64,000 nt of DNA from Phytohabitans suffuscus (GTDB lineage: Bacteria; Actinomycetota; Actinomycetes; Mycobacteriales; Micromonosporaceae): the NCBI RefSeq assembly GCF_011764565.1, contig NZ_AP022871.1, positions 2,664,320 to 2,728,319 of the forward strand. The letters are read 5' to 3'. The stretch's first letter is position 1, and every line of letters starts with the position of its first letter. A program made the position numbers and the translations under genes. Below are positions 22,266 to 30,969 of the stretch, piece by piece. Below the pieces are notes generated by a model. That model was not told the origin of the DNA. It searched no databases and saw only the letters and a list, made by a program, of their open reading frames with translations.

Positions 22266-24110
22266 GTGGAAATCAGCAGACTTGGTCCGGTGATGGCACC
22301 GATCTGGCTCGACACCCTCGACGAGACGGCTCGGGTATGCGCGGCGCACAGCCGCACCGACCTCGTCCGGCGCCTCCTGCAAAAGCGGGAGCAGCTGCTG
22401 GACCCCACCCTGCGGGTGCTTGTCGTCGGCGAGCCCAAGCAGGGCAAGAGCCAGCTCGTCAACGCACTGATCAACGCGCCGGTCTGCCCCGTGGGCGACG
22501 GCCTGACCACCGCCATCCCCACGGTCGTGCGGCACGCGGAGACGCCCTCGGCGGCCCTGGTGCACGAGGGGGACGAAGACGAGCGCGTGCCGATGCCGGT
22601 GGCCGACATCGCCGCCCGGATCAGCGCCACGACCCCGGGCCGCCGGCCGGGCGTGAGCGAGGTGCACGCCGAGATCGGTGTCCCTCGTGGACTCCTGGCG
22701 AGCGGCATCGTGCTCATCGACACCCCCGGAGCGGACGGCGACGACCCGACCACCGGCAGCGGTGTGTCGGCCCTCCCCCGCGCCGACGTCGTCGTGATGG
22801 TCACCGACGCGACCCGCGAGCTCTCCGTCTCCGAGGTCAACCTGCTGCTGCACATCGTCCAGTCGCACCCGCGGGTGGTCGTCGCGCTCACCAAAATCGA
22901 CATCTCGCCGCACTGGCGCGCGGTCGCCGAGCGCAATCGGGAGCACCTCGCGAGCGCCGGCGTGCCCGCCGTGCTCGTGCCGGTGTCGGCGACGCTGCGG
23001 CTGCAGGCCGCGCGCACCAACGACAAGGCGGTCAACGCGGAGTCCGGCTTTCCGGACCTGATCGCCCGGCTCAAGCGGGAGCAGGGCGCCAAGGGGCAGG
23101 TGCTCGCGCCGGCCGCGGTGGGGCTGATCGCGAGCACGGTCGTCGAGCAGCTCGCCGCGCCGCTGCGCGCCGAGCTGTCCACTGAGGACTCCGGCTCCCT
23201 GCACCGGCTGTACGAGGCGCAGCGCGGGCTCGACGAGCTGCGCCGCTGCTCCACCCGCTGGCAGAACACGCTGGCCGACGAGATGACGGATCTGATCTCC
23301 GACATGGAGTACGACCTGCGCGACCGCACGCGGCAGATCATGCGCAAGGTCGACGAGGCGTTCGAGACGGCCGACCCGCTGAAGACCTGGGACGACTACC
23401 AGGCGTGGATGGAGCAGAGCCTGACCGAGGCGGCCGAGGCCAACTTCGCCTGGCTGCTGCAACGCTGCGACTGGGTCACCGGACGGGTCGCCGACCACTT
23501 CGTCCGGTACGGGGCCGACATCCTCCCCGAGTGGCGGGCCGGCATCCCGGACCGGCTGGCCGAGCAGCTGGAGGAGCTCGAGCGGCCCAGCGTGGAAAAG
23601 TTCACGCCGGTGCAGAAGGTCTTCAGCGGCCTCCGCGGCTCGTACGGCGGCCTGCTCATGTTCGGCCTCGCCACGACGCTCGCCGGCATGCCGCTGATCA
23701 ACCCGGTCTCGCTCGGCGCGGGCGCGCTCTTCGGCGGCAAGACCATCCGCGACGAGGGCAAGACGATGCTGCGCCGGCGGCAGGCAACCGCCAAGATGGC
23801 CTCGCAGCGGCACGTCGACGACTTCTTCCTCCGGCTCAACAAGGAGTGCAAGGACACCGCGCGGTGGGTGCAGCGGGCGCTGCGCGACCACTTCACCGGG
23901 CTGACCGAGCAGCTGCAGGAGGCGATCGTCCACTCGCTGCGCAGCGCCAAGCAGGCCGCGGACGCCGACGCGCTGGAGCGCGAGCAGCGCAAGCGGGAGG
24001 TGCAGCAGCAGATGCGCCGGCTGGCCGCGCTGTACGACCGGGCGCAGGCCCTGACCGCGCTGGGTGGCTCCCCGGCACAGCCGCAGCGCCGCCTGGAGCC
24101 CGTCGGATGA
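22266..24110 (+). CDS. iniA: Dynamin-like GTPase, IniA-like
   Basis: G1 GEPKQGKS, G3 DTPG, G4 TKID; 614 aa; long helical stalk. Start may instead be the ATG at 22293. Confidence 0.75.
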   Translation: MEISRLGPVMAPIWLDTLDETARVCAAHSRTDLVRRLLQKREQLLDPTLRVLVVGEPKQGKSQLVNALINAPVCPVGDGLTTAIPTVVRHAETPSAALVHEGDEDERVPMPVADIAARISATTPGRRPGVSEVHAEIGVPRGLLASGIVLIDTPGADGDDPTTGSGVSALPRADVVVMVTDATRELSVSEVNLLLHIVQSHPRVVVALTKIDISPHWRAVAERNREHLASAGVPAVLVPVSATLRLQAARTNDKAVNAESGFPDLIARLKREQGAKGQVLAPAAVGLIASTVVEQLAAPLRAELSTEDSGSLHRLYEAQRGLDELRRCSTRWQNTLADEMTDLISDMEYDLRDRTRQIMRKVDEAFETADPLKTWDDYQAWMEQSLTEAAEANFAWLLQRCDWVTGRVADHFVRYGADILPEWRAGIPDRLAEQLEELERPSVEKFTPVQKVFSGLRGSYGGLLMFGLATTLAGMPLINPVSLGAGALFGGKTIRDEGKTMLRRRQATAKMASQRHVDDFFLRLNKECKDTARWVQRALRDHFTGLTEQLQEAIVHSLRSAKQAADADALEREQRKREVQQQMRRLAALYDRAQALTALGGSPAQPQRRLEPVG

Positions 24111-24120
24111 AGCACCCCGC

Positions 24121-25548
24121 GTGACTTCGGTACTCGAAGAGTCGGTGTGGCGCCTCATGCACGGGGCGCTCGACCTCTACCACGACAGCCCGCCCGCCGC
24201 CGAGCAGCTCCGCCACCACCTGAGCCGGTTCGACGAGCCGCTGCGCATCGCCATCGCGGGGCCCTGGCAGGCGGGCAAGTCCACATTGGTCAACGCGATC
24301 GTCGGCGAGGAGGTCGCGCCCATCGAGGTGCCGGACGCCGAGCAGGTCTTCACCTGGTACCAGGACGGCCCCGAACCGCACGCCACCGCCTACCCGGCGG
24401 GGATCGAGCTGCCGGTCGCCCGGACCGCCAACGGGCTGCGGGTGGACATCCGGCGGTGGCGGCCGGCACCGGTGAACGACCTGGTTATCACCTGGCCGAG
24501 CCGGGCACTGCGCAACGCCACCCTTGTGGACACTCCGGCGCTGCCCGACTCCGGCGACAAGGTGCTGCGGGACGCGGACGCGGTGCTCTACCTGACCCGT
24601 GACGGGCGCGGCACCGACCTGGAGTGGCTGGAGTCGGCGCAGGACGGCACGGTCGCGCGGGCCGCCCCGGTCAACGTGATCCTCGTGCTCTCCCGCGCCG
24701 ACGAGATCGGCGGCGGCCGCATCGACGCGCTGCTCGCCGCCAAGCAGCTCGCCCGCAAGCACCACCGCGACCACCACGTCGGCTCGCTCTGCCTCGCGGT
24801 GGTGGCGCTCGGCGGCCTGGTCGCGCTCGCCGGCCGGGTCCTCGGCGACCGCGACTACACAGCACTGTCCACACTGGCCGGTACCCCGCGCCCGGAGCTG
24901 GAGCCATATTTGCTCACCACCGACCGGTTCGTGGGTGAGGACTTTCCCGCGCCGGTCGACGTGCGGACCCGGGAGGACCTGCTCGACCGGCTCGGCATCT
25001 TCGGCGTACGGCTGGCCACGACGCTGATCCGCGCCGGCACGGGCACCGACACCCGGGCCGGGCTGGCGGCCGAGCTGGTGCGCCGCAGCGGCCTGAGCGA
25101 GCTGCGCGAGGCGGTCGGCCGGTGCTTCGTCGACCGGGCCGACGCGCTCAAGGCCCGCTCGGCGCTCGCCGCGCTGGAGGCCGTGCTCCGCACCGAGCCC
25201 CGGCCGGGCAGTGAAAAGCTCCTCGCCGACCTGGAACACACGCTGACCAACGCGCACGACTTCCGCGAGCTGCGGCTCGTCGCGGCGCTCCAGGGCCACC
25301 GGATCAAGTTCGGCGCGGAGCTGGAGGCCGAGGCGCGGCGGCTCGTCGGCGAGGGCGGCACCTCGCCCGCGACCCGGCTGGGCGTCGACCCGCGCACGAA
25401 CCCGGGCCAGCTGTGGGAGCTGGCCTCGGGCGCGCTGGCCCGGTGGCAGGAGCAGACCGAAGACCCCCTGCTGAGCCTGGAGCAGCGCCGGGCCGCGGCC
25501 GTCGTCGTGCGCAGCTGCGAAGGCATCCTGCACGCTCTGTCGTCGTAG
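24121..25548 (+). CDS. iniC: Dynamin-like GTPase, IniC-like
   Basis: G1 GPWQAGKS, G3 DTPAL, G4 SRAD; GTG start 10 nt after the iniA stop; 475 aa. Confidence 0.7.
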   Translation: MTSVLEESVWRLMHGALDLYHDSPPAAEQLRHHLSRFDEPLRIAIAGPWQAGKSTLVNAIVGEEVAPIEVPDAEQVFTWYQDGPEPHATAYPAGIELPVARTANGLRVDIRRWRPAPVNDLVITWPSRALRNATLVDTPALPDSGDKVLRDADAVLYLTRDGRGTDLEWLESAQDGTVARAAPVNVILVLSRADEIGGGRIDALLAAKQLARKHHRDHHVGSLCLAVVALGGLVALAGRVLGDRDYTALSTLAGTPRPELEPYLLTTDRFVGEDFPAPVDVRTREDLLDRLGIFGVRLATTLIRAGTGTDTRAGLAAELVRRSGLSELREAVGRCFVDRADALKARSALAALEAVLRTEPRPGSEKLLADLEHTLTNAHDFRELRLVAALQGHRIKFGAELEAEARRLVGEGGTSPATRLGVDPRTNPGQLWELASGALARWQEQTEDPLLSLEQRRAAAVVVRSCEGILHALSS

Positions 25549-25603
25549 CGGATCGACCGCCGCGCCGCCGGCGGCGTCGAGGTCTGCGGCCCGCCGCGGT
25601 TTC

Positions 25604-25632
25604 TCGACATCCACCAGCCGCGCGATGTCGAG
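25604..25632. terminator. Hairpin 55 nt downstream of iniC
   Basis: ctcgacatc ... gatgtcgag, 9-bp arms with a 12-nt loop; no T-tract. Confidence 0.25.
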
Positions 25633-25709
25633 AATCCGGCGCTGGCTGCGTCCCAGGGAGGTAGCGTCCCACGACGGGCCGCACCACGAGGAGTATGGAG
25701 GGCGTAGCG

Positions 25710-26054
25710 GTGAGCGAGATTCAGGGTATCGCCCGGTTCAGGTTTCACGAGGGCCTGATCGGGGAGTTCAAGCGCCTGTCCGAGGAGTGCATGGAGATCG
25801 TGCGGGCCAAGGACACCGGGACCCTGCAGTACGAGATCTACTTCAACGACGACCAGTCCGAGGCCATCGTCCTCGAGCGGTACCGGGACTCCGAGGCGCT
25901 CGTCGAGCACCTGGCGAACGTCGGTCACCTCATGGAGGCGATCCTCGCGACGGCCTCGGTCTCCGGCGAGGTCCTCGGTGAGGCGAACGCCGAGCTACGA
26001 GCGATGCTGGCCGGCAGCGAGGTCCGCCTCTTCGCGCCCTTCCAGTCGATGTAG
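25710..26054 (+). CDS. Antibiotic-biosynthesis-monooxygenase (ABM/Dabb) family protein
   Basis: About 114 aa ferredoxin-like ABM pattern (IARFRFHEG...LERYRDSEALVEH). I prefer the GTG at 25710 (GGAGGG 7 nt upstream) over the ATG at 25695. Confidence 0.55.
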   Translation: MSEIQGIARFRFHEGLIGEFKRLSEECMEIVRAKDTGTLQYEIYFNDDQSEAIVLERYRDSEALVEHLANVGHLMEAILATASVSGEVLGEANAELRAMLAGSEVRLFAPFQSM

Positions 26055-26055
26055 C

Positions 26056-29000
26056 TCAGGATACGGGGCCCTGGATGCGGTCGGCGGCGCGTTCTATCGC
26101 CGACTCGACCGCTCCGACCCGGTCGGCGAGCAGGCCCACGGCGCCGACGGCGCGACTCATCGGGTCGTCCTCGGCGCCGCCGAGGGCCTTGGCCTTCAGG
26201 TAGCCGGCCTTCACCTCGTCCCACCGGGCGGCCCGCTCCGGAGTGAGCCGGCCACGCAGCTCGGCCAGCTTGAGCAGGTTGGCCTCGGCGTTGGCGGCCA
26301 GCGTCTGCGCCTCGCCCAGGTAGTGGTCGTCGATGACCGCGTCCAGCTCGGCGTCGTTCATCACCGGCACGATCCGCTCGGCCAGCTTGTTCATGTTTCG
26401 GTACGAGCCCTGCAGCTGGTACGGCGGCTCGGTGCGGGACGCGTCGGACTGGGCGGCCGAGGCGATGTACGCCAGGTTGTTGGTGAGCACCACCTGCTGC
26501 ACCCGGAGCAGCTTGCGCAGCACCGCGAGGATCTGATCCAGCTCGACCGCCGAGTACGGGTGGGCGAGCTGGTCGGGGCGCACCGACCCGTCACCCTTGG
26601 CGAGCCGCACGAGCAGCTCCAGGTCGCTACGGTCCCTTGTGGACAGCGCGGCGAGCACCTGGTTGGCGGTCAGCGAGTTTTCGATGTAGCTGAGCGCGAA
26701 GAGCTGCTCCTTGCCGGAGAGCACGTCGCCGAGGTTCCACACGTCGGCGCGGTTGGCGAGCATGTCCGGGATCCGGAAGCGCTTGCCCGACTCCGTGTAC
26801 GGGTTGCCCGCCATGCACACCGCGAAGCGCTTGCCCCGCAGGTCGTACGTGCGGGTGCGCCCCTCCCACACACCCTCCATCCGGCGCTGCGCGTCGCAGA
26901 GCGAGATGAACTTCTGCAGCAGCTCCGGCGAGGTGTGCTGGATGTCGTCGAGGTAGAGCAGCACGTTGTTGCCCATCTCCAGGGCGAACGAGATCTTCTC
27001 CACCTCCTGCCGGGCGGTGGCGTTGGGCGCCTCGGCCGGGTCGACGGAGGTGACCGCGTGCCCCAGGGCCGGGCCGTTCACCTTGACGAAGACCAGGCCG
27101 AGGCGGCTCGCCACGTACTCCATCAGGGTGGTCTTGCCGTAGCCGGGCGGCGAGATGAGCAGCAGCAGGCCCATCTGGTCGGTGCGCTTGGCGTCACCCA
27201 CCGCGCCGAGCTGGCGGGCCAGGTTGTCGCCGATCAGCGGCAGGTAGACCTCGTCCAGCAGCCGGTTGCGGACGAACGCGCTCATCACCTTCGGCTGGTG
27301 CTCGGCGAGGCGCAGGCGGGTGCGCTCGCGCGCGATGAGGTCGTTGCGCTGCCGCTGGTACGCCCGGAAGGCCGGCACCCGCTCGTCGCGGAAGCGGCGG
27401 ACGCGGGTGAGCGCCTCGTCGAGCCGCAGCTCCAGCTGGCGGCTCGCGATCCGCGGGTGGGTGCCGAGCAGACCCTCCACAGTGGCCGACAGCACCGCCG
27501 ACGAGTCGTGGCGCGGCAGGTCGGCGCCGCACAGCTCGATGGCGATCGCCTCGGGCAGCTCGGGCGCGGGCTTTTCGCCCACGAACGCGTCGAGCCAGGC
27601 CGACACGAGCTGGTGCCGCGCGGCCAGGTCACCGCCGAGCGCGCGCAGGTCGTCGTCGAACGACTCCACCTTCGGCCCGCCGAGGGCGCGGTGGAAGCGG
27701 TCGAGCAGTTCGCGGGCGCCGGCGCTGGTGACGAAGCCGGAGGGCGCGCTCGCCAGCTCCTCGAAGAGGTACTCGCCGGCGAGGTGGCCGTCCAGCGGGA
27801 GGCGTCGTTCGCCCAGGAAACGGCCGACCGCCCCGGAGAGCTCGGCGGTCAGCTCCGCGATCGCCGGTCCCGGGCCGAACGCCGCGCGGGCCCGGGCCAT
27901 CGAACCGGCCCGCGTGGACCATGCGCCGCGGGACGCCTCGTCGGTGCCGTACGCCCAGAAGAGCTGCGCGGCGGCACGGGCGACCGGCGGGTAGCGCAGC
28001 AGCCCCGCACCGGCGTGCAGGCGGAGCAGCGCGTCGAGGATCGCGGCCGCGTCCTGGTCGTGCACGCCCCGCTCGTACCCCTCGTCGTAGCGCGTCTCGG
28101 CCGCACGCCGCACCAGGTCGCGCAGCCCACCCTCGGCGACGGCCACCTCGTGCAGGTCGTCCAGGTCGCCGTCGAGCAGGATCGACGCGGCGAGGAACTC
28201 GGCCCGGTACACCTCCGGCGTCTCCGAGACCAGCAGCTGCTCCCAGTACGGCCGGGTGGCCTCGAACGCCTCGTCGCGCACCGCCGCCCGGTAGTCGGTG
28301 CCGGTGACCGCGACCGCCATCCGGCCGTCGTGCGGCACGAGCGTGAGGTCGATCGCCTGGGTGTTGACCGCGAAGCGGTGCCGGCCCAGCGCGATCGTCT
28401 CGCCACCGTCGCTGTAGAGGTCGAGCCGGTCGCGCAGGCTCCGGCCGGCCTCCTGGCGGGCCGCCTTGATCCGGCCGTCCAGCTCCTCGGCGCGCACCGC
28501 GTCACCGAGGTCGCGCAGCTCCTGCGCCACCGAGCGGAGCTTGGCCACCATGGGGTCGCCGGCGAAGTACGTGTTGACCTCGTCGATCGTCTTCAGCGTG
28601 GCGATCCGCCGCTGCACGCTGGCGAGGATGCGGTCGGCGGAGTCGACCAGCCGGTCGGAGCGGCGGGCCCGCTCGTCCAGCAGCGCCTGCTTGCGCGCGG
28701 AGAACACCTCGTAGACATCGGTGCGCTTGGCACCCAGGTCGGCCAGGAAGTCGTCGAACTCGCCGAACCGCGACTCCAGGTTTTCCAGCTGTAGCAGCAG
28801 CCGGCCAAGCTGCTCGTCGCAGCGCTCCGGGGTGTCGGCGACCGCGAGCGCGCCGGTGATCGCCTGGCCGAGCAGCGCGAACTCGGCCGCGAACTCGGCC
28901 CGCCCCTCGGTGGCGAGCAGCTCCTTGCGCCGACCCTCCAATGTGGCCCGGGCGCGGTTGACGCCGCCCAGCACCTCGCCGATCCGCTCCAGGATCGAGG

Positions 29001-30969
29001 TGCGCACGGTCGCGTCGGCGATGTCGAGCGAGCCGACCACCTCGGTGATGACCTGCATCCCCTCGGCCTGCGCGGCGAGCCGCTGGCCGAGCGGCTCGGC
29101 CGCCGCGACGGTCCGGATGCCTCCGGCGTCGGCGACCAGCCGCTCGATCTCGCTGTGGTAGCCGGCGAACGCGTCGTCCCGCCGCAGGAACGACACCGCG
29201 CGCTGGGCGGCGGAGGCCAGCTCCTCGTCGAGTACCCGGGAAAGCTCGTCGATCCGCGCGGTGTCCACATAGCGCAGCTCGCGGATCGTCACCAGGTGGC
29301 CCTGCGCCGAGCGGAGGTCGGCCAGCTGCGTCACCCAGCCGTCCGTCGACTGTGGAGCCTCGCCGCGCGTGCGCCGGACGAGGGACTGGATCCCCGCGGC
29401 GGCCTCGTCCAGCGCGGTGGCGGCCTGCTCGGTGAGCGCCTGCACCTTTTCGAACTCGTCCAGCACCTGCTCGGCGGTGGACCGCACCTCCGACAGCGGC
29501 GTACGCAGGTCGCCCAGCTCCGGCTCGCCCAGCCAGTGGTAGTGGTCGAAGATGCGGGCGCAGGTGGCGATCAGGCTCTCGAACACACCTGTCGAGGGCT
29601 TCATCTCGTCGGTCATCCGGGCCACCGAGAGGCAGTCCGAGATGCCGCGCACGAGGTCGGCGTTGCCCACCCGCTCCAGCGGCCCGGTGCCGACCGGCTG
29701 GGCCGCGGCGTACGTGTCCGACAGGTAGGGCGTCTGCCACACCTGCATCGGGTGCACCCGGGTCGGCTCCTCGGAGGTGGCCCGGAACACGACAAGCGTC
29801 CCGTCGTCGAAGAGCGAGTAGCCGTGGCACGGGATCGGCGTGGCGACCTCTTTGCGGATCACGTTGTACGGCAACAGCAGCGAGCGCCCCTCGGCCCGCG
29901 CGTGGAAGACGTAGAGCACGTCTTCGCCGTTGGTGGAGCGGATGACCTGGTCGAACTCCAGGCTCGCCACGTCGGTGTCGAACGTCTTGTTGACGCCGGT
30001 CGCCAGGTAGTAGCCGCCCGGGAAGATGATGCCGTGGTCCTCCGGCAGCCGCTGGCACGCCTGCCCGATGCCGTCGAGCCGCACCACCGTCCTGGTCCGC
30101 GTGTTGAAGACCAGGTGCCGCCAGACCGTCTCCCGGTACGGCCGCACGCGCAGCAGGATCAGCGGGCCGACCCGCGCGTAGTGGATGTCGGCGTCGGCGA
30201 GGCTCTGCAACGGCTCCTCGACCGGCTCGGCGTAGATGCCCTCGCCGGTCTCGGTGTTGTTCTCCACCTTGACCGTCAGGTTGCCGCCGACCGTCTCGAC
30301 GAAGACCTCGTCGCCGATGGAGATGTGCGGGTGGCGGCCGAGCACGTGGTTTTCCCGCGTCGTCTCCACCCACTCGAAGTCGTGGGCCGGGGGAAACGTG
30401 TGGTCGCGCTCGCCCCGGTTGTCTATGTAGGACACCGCGCCGTCGTTGCCGACCTGCCACCGCAGCACGCGGATGTCTTCGAGGTTGGGCCCGGTCTGGA
30501 AGATGGCGAGCAGCCGCCCGTCGAGCCGGCGCAGCTGGAGCAGCCGGGTCTCCCGGTAGTACCGGTACAGCTCGCCGAAGTCGCGCAGGAACTGCTGCTC
30601 GCGCAGCCACGGCACCTCGGCCGCCGGCTCGAAGCGGAACGCCTCGCCGTCGCGGCTGAAGGCGTGCACCGCGAACACGTCGTCGACGGTGGTCTCCGGC
30701 TTCAGCCCGATGAAGACGTTGTAGCCGAAGAGCATCAGCCCGCCGATCGACACGATGTCGCGCGGGACGCAGTTGTTCTCCGTACGGATCCGCTCGGTGC
30801 CGACCAACCGCATCTCCGCGCTGCCGAACACCTCCAGGCGGTGCGCGTTGAGCGCCTCCGCCCGGCGGGCCAGCTCCGCCGACCGGTCGGCCAGCCGCGT
30901 GCGCAGGACCTCGTAGGTGCCGACGTCCAGCGCGGGCGCGGCCGCGGCTTTCTCGTCGACCTGGGTCAC
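26056..30969 (-). CDS. Large (1637 aa) protein with C-terminal AAA_5 (MoxR/dynein-related)-type ATPase domain, translationally coupled to flotillin
   Basis: Walker A ISPPGYGKTT, Walker B LLYLDDIQ, then AVCMAGNPY...GKRFRIPDMLANRA, the AAA_5 pattern. N-terminal ~1200 aa has no recognised motif and is partly helical. GTG start overlaps the flotillin stop (GTGA). Uninterrupted 4.9-kb frame. Confidence 0.7.
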   Translation of the reverse strand: MTQVDEKAAAAPALDVGTYEVLRTRLADRSAELARRAEALNAHRLEVFGSAEMRLVGTERIRTENNCVPRDIVSIGGLMLFGYNVFIGLKPETTVDDVFAVHAFSRDGEAFRFEPAAEVPWLREQQFLRDFGELYRYYRETRLLQLRRLDGRLLAIFQTGPNLEDIRVLRWQVGNDGAVSYIDNRGERDHTFPPAHDFEWVETTRENHVLGRHPHISIGDEVFVETVGGNLTVKVENNTETGEGIYAEPVEEPLQSLADADIHYARVGPLILLRVRPYRETVWRHLVFNTRTRTVVRLDGIGQACQRLPEDHGIIFPGGYYLATGVNKTFDTDVASLEFDQVIRSTNGEDVLYVFHARAEGRSLLLPYNVIRKEVATPIPCHGYSLFDDGTLVVFRATSEEPTRVHPMQVWQTPYLSDTYAAAQPVGTGPLERVGNADLVRGISDCLSVARMTDEMKPSTGVFESLIATCARIFDHYHWLGEPELGDLRTPLSEVRSTAEQVLDEFEKVQALTEQAATALDEAAAGIQSLVRRTRGEAPQSTDGWVTQLADLRSAQGHLVTIRELRYVDTARIDELSRVLDEELASAAQRAVSFLRRDDAFAGYHSEIERLVADAGGIRTVAAAEPLGQRLAAQAEGMQVITEVVGSLDIADATVRTSILERIGEVLGGVNRARATLEGRRKELLATEGRAEFAAEFALLGQAITGALAVADTPERCDEQLGRLLLQLENLESRFGEFDDFLADLGAKRTDVYEVFSARKQALLDERARRSDRLVDSADRILASVQRRIATLKTIDEVNTYFAGDPMVAKLRSVAQELRDLGDAVRAEELDGRIKAARQEAGRSLRDRLDLYSDGGETIALGRHRFAVNTQAIDLTLVPHDGRMAVAVTGTDYRAAVRDEAFEATRPYWEQLLVSETPEVYRAEFLAASILLDGDLDDLHEVAVAEGGLRDLVRRAAETRYDEGYERGVHDQDAAAILDALLRLHAGAGLLRYPPVARAAAQLFWAYGTDEASRGAWSTRAGSMARARAAFGPGPAIAELTAELSGAVGRFLGERRLPLDGHLAGEYLFEELASAPSGFVTSAGARELLDRFHRALGGPKVESFDDDLRALGGDLAARHQLVSAWLDAFVGEKPAPELPEAIAIELCGADLPRHDSSAVLSATVEGLLGTHPRIASRQLELRLDEALTRVRRFRDERVPAFRAYQRQRNDLIARERTRLRLAEHQPKVMSAFVRNRLLDEVYLPLIGDNLARQLGAVGDAKRTDQMGLLLLISPPGYGKTTLMEYVASRLGLVFVKVNGPALGHAVTSVDPAEAPNATARQEVEKISFALEMGNNVLLYLDDIQHTSPELLQKFISLCDAQRRMEGVWEGRTRTYDLRGKRFAVCMAGNPYTESGKRFRIPDMLANRADVWNLGDVLSGKEQLFALSYIENSLTANQVLAALSTRDRSDLELLVRLAKGDGSVRPDQLAHPYSAVELDQILAVLRKLLRVQQVVLTNNLAYIASAAQSDASRTEPPYQLQGSYRNMNKLAERIVPVMNDAELDAVIDDHYLGEAQTLAANAEANLLKLAELRGRLTPERAARWDEVKAGYLKAKALGGAEDDPMSRAVGAVGLLADRVGAVESAIERAADRIQGPVS

